A stretch of DNA of 64,000 nucleotides, taken from Eremomyces bilateralis CBS 781.70. Taxonomy: Eukaryota. The notes under the pieces were generated by a model. It was not told the DNA's origin. It saw only the letters and a program-made list of their open reading frames with translations, and did not search any database. Both the position numbers and the translations under genes were made by a program. The DNA is taken from assembly GCA_010015585.1 (NCBI GenBank), contig ML975179.1; one strand, given 5' to 3'. Each line of letters begins with the position of its first letter. The stretch's first letter is position 1. Below, piece by piece: positions 26,658 through 38,822 of the stretch.

Positions 26658-27584
26658 GGTGATAAAAGGAGAAAATCAAATGCGTCGGATGGTCACAGTA
26701 ACAAAGGACCAAGTTGCAGGAGCTATTACCAGCACAAAATAAGTAGACACGAGCCGACGCCGGATTCGGAGGTGCTCCTCTCGCGCTCCAGGTTCAACCC
26801 GCTGGACGCTGCGGCGCTGGATCCTTTATGGCCAACAGGCCCAATATATGGTGAAGCTAAGGAGTTGAATAAAGTTGCTCTGCAAGGCGAAGGATGGAGG
26901 GAATGGTGTGGACATTATTATTAGATCTGAGGGAGTGTCGTTGAACCTGGCATGTTGAACCTGGCAAGTGAGGGCAGGGCCGCAGGAGACCTGGTGAGTC
27001 GACGATGGAGGATTTAAGGCTGGGAGCGCAGCTTAGCAGAGCTCCAGTCATCCACGCACCCAACGAACGTGAACGACATGGCAATTTGACAGGTCCCGCC
27101 CTTTTCAGCCACTACAAACCACCGACAAGTGAACGGGCCCAACCAGGGAAATGAAATACCGATAAGACTAACTGGCTTTTACTTTTTAGCTCTGCAGCAG
27201 GTTGAGGTTCCAGCCCTGCGGATTGCCGAGACGTGCAAATCACTCACAAATGAGGCCTCGCCAGTCCGTGTCACCGCTGTCACCAGTCAGGCAGTCAACA
27301 CTTATCACTTGCCTATCCTGCTATTTTAGTTGTCCATGTAACTAAAGAATCCACCGAGGCTAGAGCTCATGGTAGGCCAAATGCATGGATTGTACAGAGT
27401 ACGGATCAAAATGTCTATATCAAAACATCTATTGCGAGACCGGAACTGGAAAACCGAGGGTATATTCTTTATCATACAGCGAACCATAAAAGAGAAACTG
27501 TGTACAATTAATCTCACAACCCGTCCAACCTTAGCCATGTCTAACATGGCCAGCATATCTCGTACCAACACCTTTCGCAAGAGC

Positions 27585-29948
27585 TCACAAGAAACCTTCC
27601 CCACCCCATTGACCGCCGAACCAGAATCCATGAGATGGTCCGCCCCGTGGTCCCGCCGATCTCCCCTGACCGGCCGCCGAGGAGGGCAAGTTCGGAACCG
27701 CGCCCTTGAAATATCCCTTCTGCTTAAGCAGCTCGATCGCCTGCCGACAGTTACTCTCCATGGCGGCCGGTTGATTTTCGTTTCGTCGGGGATCCGTGAA
27801 CATGGGCACGTTCGGCAGCCCCGGATACTCCGCCGCCCACGCGGCCATCTTGCGGATCATGTGCTCGGCGCCGGCGCGACAATGGCGGTCGAAGACGTCC
27901 GCCCACAGACCGTCGGACTGTTGTTTGATGTTTCGCAGGCGGTCGAGAATGCCCCAGCGCACCGTCAGCCAGGTCACGTAATGGGCGTAGTCGTGGTAGC
28001 GGCCGGTCTCGCGCATCCCTTGGAAGGGGGTATTCTTGATGGGGTCGTCGCTGAAGATCATGCTCTGGATGGAGACCAGCACTTGGAGGAACGTGGAGGA
28101 TTGGGGGTTCCAGGGCTCGCCGGCGAACGTCCCTAATAGCGACAGACACACTACGCAACAGTCAGCGGAATGACCCAAGGAATGATATGCCACAGCAGCG
28201 ATGGATGAAGAGCTGGGGACGTACCTTTGCCATCTGCGTGAAGATTCGGATTGAAGCTCGCATGGCCTCCAGCGTTCGACCGGAAAATGACCATGGGATT
28301 GGTTCGTGGATAATCTCCCGGGAAGAAAACGTCGAACTCAAAGAAGCCACTGTCATACGGCGTATCCTCAGGCCCAATGATGGCGAATTTCATGAAATCG
28401 GGTCTCGATGAGGCATATCGGACAAAGATTCCCGGCGGAAGGGAGGTTTTTAAGTTGGCGATCTCTCCGACGATCCGCTTCATCCGCCCGGGCATCACGG
28501 CCTTGAGACCCCAAGCTTCGGAGGCGTAGTAATGGATATCGCGAATGGTTTCGTCCCGGACCGGCAATATGCAGTTATCCCGCTGCCACTTCAACCACTC
28601 TTGCTCGGGGGTCAACGACTTGCTCTTATCGCTCGTGCTAGAGGTGGCAGTCGATTTCATAAGGTCGGCCAGAGTGGCGATTTTCTGGCATATCGCTAGG
28701 GTCTGCTTGCCTTCCCCGTCCCGGTAGTGCGAACTTGCCGATCGGATGACATTGCCTTGCAGAATGATATTTTGCATCCGCTTGTCGATGGATTGGAGGA
28801 CATTCTCGTCATTTTTGCCCCGGTCCTTAAAAATGGCGCCTCCGCGCATGACATGCACGTTGAACAGACCATATCCTGGCTTTTTCTCGAGCCGCTCGAC
28901 GAAGATAACAGGTCTGGTCAAGGGGAGCGAGGTAAGCGCAGAGACAAAGTCGAAGATAACATTGTACATGTCGTGCTTCTCGGTAATGTCATCCAACGAG
29001 TCGTTCCGTAACAAGTCTCCGGTCTTGTCGATGAGAAAACTCGTAAGAAACATGGCTGGAAGTGCTAGGGGTGGAGAACGGTCGAAATCGCCTCTCAGTC
29101 CTTTCGAAGGATCTGGGAGAAGCTGTAGCAGAAGTTCCATTATCGGAGCAGCGATCTCATCGGTTGGGTCGAACTGCTCCTCAACCACCGTTCCCTCGGA
29201 TCTCGACATGCCCATCATCCACATTGCGTTGGAGCTGGGAGACCCCTCGTATCCGGTCCCAGCCCCTTGCCGCAGCCCACCATGCATCGCCAAATTCTGC
29301 CGCCGGATCCGCTCTTTAGCCTTCTGATTGCGCTGGCGGAGCGCGTATTCCTGATCGAATCGACACAGCGCCAGCCATATCAAATAGAGGCGGCCAAGGT
29401 CGCAGCACCAACTATACGCGTCGGTGTCGATGTAGACCACGCCGGTAATGCGGCCTAGAAACTGGTTGCCACACCCCATGCAGGTCAACGTCCTGCACGC
29501 GTCGGAGCACCGTAAGGTCGAGTTGACGTTCCCTGCATGGGTTAGCTGGCGTACATTCCCGGGCACCAGCATACTTACGTGGGCTTAATATCTCCATCGG
29601 GTTGATGGCTACGGGGAACACTTTCCGTTTGCACCTGACGCACCGAGGTTCGCGAATTTTCTTCGAGAAAGAAACAAGAGCTTCAAGACTCGCATCGATC
29701 GAGATGCTACGTCCCTCGCTCCGGGTTGGCTGGGAGCTGGTAGATGGATTTTGCCGGTCGATATTCATTTTCCGCATGTCTTGCTCTAGCTTATCCGGCG
29801 CTGAAGCCCTATCAAATGACCTTCTCGCTACTGCGGAGGACGACTCCGCTCTGGGAGCCGATGCGGAGCTTCCATGCCCTTCCTCCGTCGCTTCGGCATC
29901 AAATTGTGCCTGGAGTAGCTTTGCAAGTTCCAAATCGCCGTCAGCCAT
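27585..29948 (-). CDS. Large ubiquitin-conjugating enzyme with BIRC6/UBE2Z/UBE2O-type UBC domain
   Basis: IIGPEDTPYDSGFFEFD..P..YP, FNPNLHADGK|VCLSLLGT (catalytic Cys across intron 28224-28151), STFLQVLVSIQSMI. First intron 29578-29533. Confidence 0.88.
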
Positions 29949-30600
29949 GTTGTTAGGTCGGTCAACTTCCCCGGGGTAGGAGGAATAAAGGGGCTCCTAT
30001 AAAAGACGTGGAGAATTTGACAGAGCAGCAAGCCGGAAATAGAGGACACGCTCAATTATATTGCAAAACCATCTGAGTCATTGGGGAACTGGAAACGCAT
30101 GTCACCAATCGGTAGCTTGGGAGTTGAGAACCAGAGACGGTTGATGTGAATTTCAGGCTCATTGGCTAGGTGATTGCGCTGGCGAGAAGTTTAAGGGAAA
30201 CGCTCATAAATCAATGACAGTCGGTAAGGAAAGAGCGAAAACGAACCAAAAGGCCTGCAACACTTAGCTCAGGCTTCCAGGGGACGGATGGAACAATTCA
30301 TGTTGTTTGCTGAGTGCGAAATCAATAGACACCTGTACCGTAAATTCATCAAACAGCTCTGCCAGCCTACCAGCATCTAATAAGTCATAGATCGGAATTA
30401 AGTATAACTACAGGGTATTAGACAGACTTGGACTTTTACACGAACAAGCTCCATCAATACTACCAGTATTATTCTTGAAGTTGGTGGAGTTCGTGAAAGT
30501 TCCCATTCCATCGGATGTTGGAAGCTGACGTTCAGACGTTCAATAATGTAACAACATTCAACGTTGAAGGTTCAAAGTTGTTAGGTTCATAATTAGGATT

Positions 30601-30635
30601 TAGGTCATAGGTGATAGGTCATAGGTGATAGGTGA
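30601..30635. repeat. 7-bp tandem repeat (TAGGTCA/TAGGTGA) x5
   Basis: taggtca taggtga taggtca taggtga taggtga read directly. Confidence 0.85.
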
Positions 30636-30868
30636 AGTCGCGCAACGCACGGACCTCAACATCAACCTCTGGCACGCGACGCTTTCCAAAAGGTTCATTT
30701 ATTCTGGAAGGTGTATTCCCATTTCCAGCAAGTTCTCCTATTGTGAAAGTTCTAGCTCTAATAGGCTTTGATTCCAGGCAAGGATCGTGCCTCATATTTC
30801 AAGGTCGAGGGTACATTGGAGGTGTTGGCTGAGTATGGTTGCGCATCGCGGTTCCCATTCTAAGCAAC

Positions 30869-32902
30869 ATGGATCGAGAGTTCCACCACCACCAAGGCCA
30901 AAGTGGTCATGAAGGCATGGGAATGGGTCGCGGTAGACCGAGGAGTAAGTCACCTTGCTTCCCGTTGTTCGTGTTCGGGAATAACTCTTTACAGGACCGG
31001 TAACCGATTATGGATCGACGTTGGTACAGTGGATGCGACATCGAGGCCCACGACATTCCAGGGCGCAATGCATGGAACAAGAGCGGCCAAGTGCTAGTTA
31101 TATCGTTGATGTACGGGATTGCCCTCCATAATAGCACTGGAAGATCCTTCTTTGGCTGACCGTCTCAAAGCTCCAACCTCCACATGCCCGACCTGCGAAA
31201 GCCGCCGATACGATCCCAGCCCGACATCTCCATACCTCCTTGAACAAGATCCGGCACCCGATCAATGTGGTGTTATGGACTCCGGAAGGCAGAAGGTTGT
31301 TGACGGCATCCTCAAGTGGGGAGTTTACGTTATGGAATGGCATGGGATTCAACTTCGAGACGATTATGCAGGTAATGATGGGCCGATGGTAGAGCACTGT
31401 TCCAATACTCACCGATCTGTTAGGCCCATGATAACGCGATCCGAGCGGCACAATATTCCCACAGCAATGACTGGCTGATATCAGCGGACCAGGACGGTAT
31501 CGTGAAGTACTGGCAACCCAACTTCAACAACGTGAAAGCCATCCAAGCCCATAATGAAGCGATCCGAGGGATGGCCATTGCGCCCACCGACTCCAAATTC
31601 GTCACCGCGGCGGATGATTCAACGTTGAAGATCTTCGACTTTGCGGGAGGGACGGAAGAATCGACGCTTACGGGCCATCAGTGGGAGCTACGGTGCGTGG
31701 ATTGGCATCCAACCAAGGGGCTGATTGTGTCGGGGTCGAAAGACCACACCGTGAAGTTATGGGACCCTAGAACGGGCCGGTGCTTGACCACGCTCATCGC
31801 ACATAAGAATCAGGTCTCGAAGACCGTGTTCGAGCCGACGCGCGGAGAGCTGCTAGCGACCAGTGGCCGCGATCATGTCATTCGGATCTTCGACTTGCGA
31901 ATGATGAGAGACGTGTTCCTTCTACGCGGGCATGAGAAAGATGTGACCTCCTTAGCATGGCACCCCGTCCATCGCAATCTTCTGTCATCGGGTGGAAATG
32001 ACGGCGCGCTGCACCATTACCTCCTTGACGAACCTAACTTGCCTGACGGCACGGCACCAACCACCTCACCCTACGACAACCCCGATCCCTCCAGCTCCCC
32101 TGCTCAAACCCTCTATCCCGCTCACTCGATGCCATATGCCCACGAATTCGCAGTGTGGACCTTGGCATGGCATCCACTCGGCCACATCCTCACCTCCGGG
32201 TCCAACGACCGCGTCACGCGCTTCTGGACGCGTCCTCGCCCCGGCGAGAAAATCTACCTCAGCGACCGCTACCATATCGGCCAATCCGCCGCCGAAGCCC
32301 AAGGCACCTACGATCGCCGCGACGGCCGCCGCCAGCTCCGCGAGGAAGAAGAGCAAGAAGCAGAAGACGAAGCCGACGGCCTCGTCGACCAGAAAATGCC
32401 CGCCCCGCAACCCGTCCTCCCGGGCCTCCCGGGCATCAGCATCAGTATGGGCACCGGCGCTAGCCCCCTGCCCCCCGGCATGGTCGGCCACCCCCCCGTC
32501 CCCCCTATCCTCCCCAGCACCGCCCCCTTCCCGCCGCCCCCACCCCCGAACCTCCCTGCCGGCAAGGTCCCCGATCTCTCCACGCTCATGGAGATGTTCG
32601 GCGGACAACTGCCGCCGATTCCGCCTCCAGGCGGTTTCCCGCCGCCCCCGCAGGGATTCCCGCCGCTACCGGCCGGGATGCCGCCGCCGCCGAATATGCT
32701 GCCGCCGGGGTTTCCCATGCCTGGATTTCCGCCGCCGCCGCCCATGGCGCTGCCGCAGCCGGGTGCGGGGTATCCGGTGGGTACGGGACCGGGTGTGGCG
32801 GAGGGGGAAAATGGGGGGGTGCGGAGGAGGACGCCGCTGCCAAGTCAGCAGGATAGCTTGAAAGAGGAGATGAAGAGGGGGAAGTTTCGGACGGCGAGAT
32901 GA
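30869..32902 (+). CDS. PFS2: Polyadenylation factor subunit 2 (WDR33 orthologue; WD40 repeats, Pro-rich tail)
   Basis: [60 protein letters not shown]. Introns near 30945-30993, 31111-31170 and 31372-31423. Confidence 0.93.
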
Positions 32903-34353
32903 AGTGGAGTGGGGAATGGAAACATCGGTTGAAAGGTGGAGTTCGAATCCAGCCGAAGAGGATGCTAAGATCGGCCATCTGAATGGTTTCGCGCTGACCG
33001 GAATGCGGCATCTCTCTCATTGATGCAGATGATCGCATTTGACGGCATTCGACGTGGTCTGGATTGAGTTAGCGAGGAACAATGTGCCATGAGATCCGAG
33101 ATGCCCGAACCTTTGGCGGTAGCATCCCTCTGTTGCAGCGGATGGCCGCAGCGTCGAAAGAGCCAGGGTATCTAACATGACAGAGGGAACGCGAGATCTG
33201 GGCCAGAATCGGCGCAATGGGAGAACATCAAGAAGTCACATCTGTACGATGAATTGTATGGTAGGTAGGTATGCCCATTAATATTCCGTCTCAGACGACG
33301 GGATGGTTTTCATCCTACCCTCAGCGTTGAATTGGTGATATCCGACAGGCGTGTACGGGGAGTTGGCGTATGCCGTTTTCCTTTCCGGTTCGCTGCATCG
33401 AAAGCGGTGATTGGGGGTCGTTTCCTGCTCAACGTTAGGGGTTTTGACAACCGTGAGTGAATCGTAAAGAGAAGGCTGCTGGATCTTGTTGCTTCTCGTC
33501 TTACTCACCGGATTTCAATGAGTCTATCACCTACAGGACTCACGGCACAGTACATAAGGTAGGTACAGCAGACGCTGCTCCTTCCTCCCTTCTCCGTTTG
33601 CTGTTCGGGATCGCGCTCTTTATAGAACACATGCATCCTCGCGTCAACCCATGGTTGCCACGTCTGACCGTGATAGATAGTCATGTGCAGTTAGACATCG
33701 CCGTCCAGGTCATACCTCGAATTTGTTCCATATTGAAACCACTCTTCAACTTTCCCGATTCTCCCCACTCAACACTGCTACTTGAATTCACTTCCTCATC
33801 GTATTATCTCTCAAGCCTCCAGTTACCCCATTCAATCCCGATTCCCATTCTAATTGAATCAGTCAGCTCTACTCACCACATGAGAGCATCGGGTTGAGGT
33901 AGTGGAATGAGGTCCTCGAGATCCCTTCATTCACTTCTGCTTTCCGCTACCCACATCATCGTTTCCTCTTCGTTTACGTCCACCTCCCACCACTCACCTC
34001 TTCCACACTTCGTGGATCTCCCTCCTCACTCCTGTCGAACGCGAGCATCATTCTAGAGACGGGAGCTCCAGCGCCGTTTCTCTAAGCACTCTCTAACAGC
34101 AGAAAGTGAGTTCAGCTTCTGACTCTAAACCATCACTCTCATATCATGATAACACCGCGTACCTATCCTTGCATCAATCAATAATACCGCCACCCGTCCA
34201 ACTTCTCCCTTACCCCAACACAGCTCACTGTCATCCTTCAGACTGACACCACTACTAGCCGAATTTTCGGAATGCTATCGGATCAATCAAAGATAGTTGA
34301 GACGTCAACTGACTGATACTAGTGAGCCTAACTTTGTCACTCTGATCTTCAAG

Positions 34354-35513
34354 ATGCCATCCAGGAGAGGAAATTCGGGTGGTGGATGGAGTGACCTCAC
34401 AGCCGCCAGGTAAGTCCATCAGTGATTCCTAATTCGGTATGATGATCTTCGCTAACAAATATACAGGGTCAAATCGACTCCTCTGCCCCGCATGTAAGTT
34501 TGGTGCCCGTGAAAATGATCTGCCGTCTGACCATCTTTAGGATCAAATGCACGAAATGCGGAAAAAATAAGAGTGCGGAAGCGTTTTCTAACAAGCAACT
34601 GAACCAAGTCCGGGCGTCCGTCGCGAAGTTTGGCCAAGGCGCCTCCATTCCTGGGGTCAGATGCACTGCGTGCACTCCGGGGGCCCAAGAGCAAGGCACC
34701 TGCGTCATGTGCCACAAAATCAAACCCTTGCTGGAATTCTCAAAGCGGCAACGTGGGGAAGGCGACCAGAAGGTAAGTATATTCTATATCTAGAGCAGTT
34801 AAGTATCCACAATTAACTCGGCCTGTAGAAATGCGAAGAGTGCATGGAGGAGCACCTGGTCCTGGCCGACGTGCCAATGGAACACGAGGTCAACTCTGTG
34901 CCGCCTAGCATTGAGGACGGGTCCGAGACGGACGAGGATAGCTCGTACAAGGTAGGATATCCCATTTTCCACGTTTGATCCCAACCTCGCGTCTATCTGC
35001 CTATGAGGTCCGGCAGCTAATCGTGTTCGCTACTAGACTGGACTCAGCTCCCGCTTGGGGACCCTTGAGATTTCGAGTAACTATACGGGCGAATCCAAGG
35101 ATACCACTAGCAAGCCAAGTGGGATTCGACTCCCGGTAGATCTTCAGTCGTTCCTCGAATCGGATGAGTTGTTCGAAAGCTCCACGTCGAAGAGCAAAGC
35201 TTCCCGACGTGGCTTGATGATCGGCTTTTCGAACGCCTCAAAAGCTCCTCCTCATGCCACTTCTTCCTCTGCCTACGATCCCTACGATGCGCCGTCTCAG
35301 GCGGACGACGATGCAATCAACCGAGCCACTGCGGCGATGCTTCAAGCCGCCCCCGTGCCCCCGCCCTCTGGTGCAAGCCGCTCAAAATTCGCCAGAGTTA
35401 AGGCGGCCAAGCCAGTTCGGTCCGGGAAGTCGGGGTTTTCCGATGACGAGAAGTCTGACCATGGGGATTGGAGCACCGTTGACTCGGACAGTGAGGATGA
35501 CGAGCTCCCGTGA
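34354..35513 (+). CDS. Stc1-domain zinc-finger protein (family of the S. pombe RNAi-heterochromatin linker)
   Basis: Tandem CxxC..FSxxQ repeats: CTKCGKNKSAEAFSNKQL..CTAC and CVMCHKIKPLLEFSKRQR..CEEC; acidic tail; four GT-AG introns. Confidence 0.78.
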
Positions 35514-36143
35514 GCTGATGCGCTTGCATAGCACACCAAGGTGATTACGAACAGTACTTTTTCTGTGATGCACGATGGCATCGGGATACTCAGTGAAGAG
35601 AGCTTGGATGCTTCAATCGAGAAACTGCACAATTCGCGATGCGCTAGGGGTTGCGAAAGTCCAAGGCTTCCTTTCTCCGAAACCATCAAGGTGATTTGAC
35701 AGTCACTGAATGGAATTCTGGGATACTGGGATGCTTGAATCATGTATTACCACCCAATTGCGAAGAGCCAGCGCTTCTATTTTCCAAAGCCGTTATGAAG
35801 GTGAATGGACAAGTCATCGGATGAAAAGCTGGGGACGGGAACCTCCTAGATAGATGCTTGAATCAGTTAGAATCATTACACCGACAGCTCGATTCGTTTG
35901 CTTCAATACAATGGTTCACATTCAGTAAGCTGCTGATGTTACCCATGATCGCTCGTTCTCATGATCAATGAATTTTGAACAGGTCCATTTTGTGATCCAT
36001 GCAATAACACGACGCCATTTCCCCATGCCCAGTTAGTAGTTATGGGTTCCCTAGGCCACGGCTATGAAAGCAAAGGACGTCATCTCCCTCCTCTCGATGT
36101 TCTCCATCCATCTGCCTCATCGACCGACCTCCATTGTCCGTCT

Positions 36144-36847
36144 CTACTCAGCCTGCGGCGCCCCACGACCACGTCCGAACCCAGTCCTGAAATCCGGTCT
36201 GAACCCACCGGGCGCATCGCCCTCCTTGCCCTCACCCTGGTCCCTCCGCCTATACCCCTCCCGGTCGCCGCGTCCACCACGGTCACCACCGCGGCCGCCG
36301 CCGCGGCGCTCACGGTCCTCACCGCCCAGCATGCCGCGCGGGGGCGGGTGGCTTCGCTGCTGCTTGATGTGGGTCTGCGGGACGATCTCGGCGGGGACGT
36401 GCAGCCATTCGCGGAGGTAGTCGAGGCCCTCAGGGGTCAGGGTGTAGTAGAACCATTGCCAGGAGAACTGGGTCTTGACGAAGCCGCGGGAGGTGAGGGA
36501 TTGCATTGCCTTGATAACCTGGTGATGGAGGTTAGCGAGGGGTTTCAGGGTTTGGGGTGTGTTGAGCTTGGGTGGATGGAGGATAGGAAATCGATGGGGT
36601 CAGAGGTGGACGTACGAAGAGGTTGTTGACATCGAGATGCGGGTGCTTCGGGAGGTTGTAGTCTTTCGGCGCGACCATCACGCCCTCTGTATTCGGGTCA
36701 GTCTCATTGCCACTTGATTCCTCGTGTCGGCAAGCTCGTCGTACCCTTGAAGATGTACTCATGGATCTTTTTGCGATCGGCCTTGGGCATAAGCCTGGAG
36801 ACGGTCAGTAGGTTTCATGGTGGATTGAGATCGGTAATGGCTTACAT
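36144..36847 (-). CDS. RPS10: 40S ribosomal protein S10 (eS10)
   Basis: [23 protein letters not shown]..., [36 protein letters not shown]-rich tail; three introns. Confidence 0.95.
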
Positions 36848-37216
36848 CTTGGCGGTATTTACAAGATGCAGCCGAGATTGGCGAGTTCGTGATGTGTGGT
36901 GCGGTAGAAGGTCGATGTGCGAGAGGTAAGTGTAGATGAGGATTGTGTGGATTTTTGGATTAGCGAGAGTTTCGTGGGAGAGGCTTGGCAGTGGCTGAAA
37001 AATGGTCAGGTGATAAATGATTGTGGCTTGACGTGGGGTATGTCCGCCACTCACTTATCCTTCATCACCCAGCTGTTCACCACTCATCAGAGACTGTCTC
37101 ACTCATCAAAGACTCACTTTTATCGCGCCATAACTCGAATAGTTCAAATAATTCAATCCCACGTACTTTGCTGTGGCCAAGACTCCGACATCCTCATCCT
37201 CTAACTTGAACAAACC

Positions 37217-38167
37217 ATGGCCGCCACAGCATTGCTACCCAGCAAGCGACCGCAGCTGGAGGCCAACACCATCCGATCAAAGTCCTCATGTCGCTTCTCC
37301 CCCGCTGGAACACACACTGTCAATCTCATAATCAATACTATTCCCGGCTGTGGCCTTCCCCCCACCGTCCAACTCCCCGTCCGCTCCGCCGCCCGCATCA
37401 GCGATGTTTACTTTCAAATCCTCAGCCTCCTCCCCGCCCAACTAGTTGACACCCACCGAGTCAACGTAAACCTCCTCACATTACGGGCTCTTACACCTCA
37501 TGATGACGAGCCCATCTCAACCCTCCTCTCCAACGCTCACGATGACCTCCTCACCCTCAACCTCACCCTCCCGCTTCCCGGTGGCAAAGGCGGCTTCGGC
37601 TCGCAACTTCGCGCCGCGGGCGGGCGCATGTCCTCGCGCAAGAAGCGCAACCAAGGCGACCCGAATGCCTCCAGCCGCAACCTAGACGGGCGGCGCCTAC
37701 GGACAATCACTGAGGCGAAGGCACTCGCGGAATATCTGGTGGTCCGACCGGAGATGGATAAAAAGGAGAAAGAGGAGCGGCGGAAACGGTGGGAGGAGAT
37801 CGTGGAGGCGACGGAGCGGAAGGCGGAGGAGATGCGGAGTGGGAAGGGGAGAGTGGATGGGAAGTGGGTGGAGATGAAGGATGAGAGCATTGAGAAGATG
37901 AGGCTGGCGATTTTGGAGCGGGCGGCTAAGGAGAGGGAGGCGCAGGAAGAGGAGATGGAGGGTGCGCCGATGGAGGTGACACCGCGTGAAGAACCGGAAA
38001 GCTCGAAATCAGGGAAAGCCCGGGATGCGGTGCGGGTTTATGGATGGGATGAGGATGATGAGTTCATGTCGGACTCTTCGGAGGAGGGCTCGGAACCGAG
38101 TGAGGACACGGAGATCTCGGAGGGTGATGGGGCTGGGTCTTCGAAGGGCAAATCGAAAGTCGTTTGA
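37217..38167 (+). CDS. SDE2: Sde2 ubiquitin-fold-activated splicing/silencing factor
   Basis: Ubiquitin-like N-terminus ending in the GG|KGGFGSQLR processing site, followed by SRNLDGRRLRT. Confidence 0.9.
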   Translation: MAATALLPSKRPQLEANTIRSKSSCRFSPAGTHTVNLIINTIPGCGLPPTVQLPVRSAARISDVYFQILSLLPAQLVDTHRVNVNLLTLRALTPHDDEPISTLLSNAHDDLLTLNLTLPLPGGKGGFGSQLRAAGGRMSSRKKRNQGDPNASSRNLDGRRLRTITEAKALAEYLVVRPEMDKKEKEERRKRWEEIVEATERKAEEMRSGKGRVDGKWVEMKDESIEKMRLAILERAAKEREAQEEEMEGAPMEVTPREEPESSKSGKARDAVRVYGWDEDDEFMSDSSEEGSEPSEDTEISEGDGAGSSKGKSKVV

Positions 38168-38822
38168 CGTGCATGGATCTGTTTTCGACAGTATTTTAAC
38201 AGCGTTTGGGTATACCAACTGGGCAGGCGTTGGAGCAGAATATATTGCTCATTTGCTTCAGGGGCGGTTTTATGTCAATCACGTAGCGAGCAATTCTCAT
38301 AGCATATTCAAAAGTATGCTATTTATCCGTTCATTTGGAAATTGGTCTATACTTGGATTTAAAGCAATTATTAAAGGTAATATTTACTTCTGTCTCGGTA
38401 CAACAATGTCTTCTTGCCAAAATCACTACTACGTAGTAAGGGACAATCATACGACAGGGGTTGGAGTAACGTCGCGTCTGACCGCGAACCTCGAGGACCC
38501 GAATCGACAACCAAACATTCACCCGATATGCGATTTTCACCGCTGTCAACAGTTACATTCATCAAAGCTGTACTATAACCCGAATCTCGGGGAACCTTCT
38601 TGACATCCCGAGCCGCTGAACGATACTGGGAAAACCGAAGCACGAATCTACCTACCGACCCCATTTGTGTCCAACGGTCATCCCCTTGACTCGAATACTC
38701 GAACACAAATGTCTGCCACCTGGATATCATGATCTGGCCTATCATTCTCGAAGACACGAATATAGACGCTTCATCGACCTCCTCATCACTACCCTTTATT
38801 GAGGGTCTCATAGGACGTCAAC

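Noticed and set aside
34354..38167. Stc1-domain gene and SDE2 (both silencing factors in S. pombe) as a functional cluster
   Set aside because: They are separated by RPS10 and sit among unrelated housekeeping genes; chance adjacency is sufficient.
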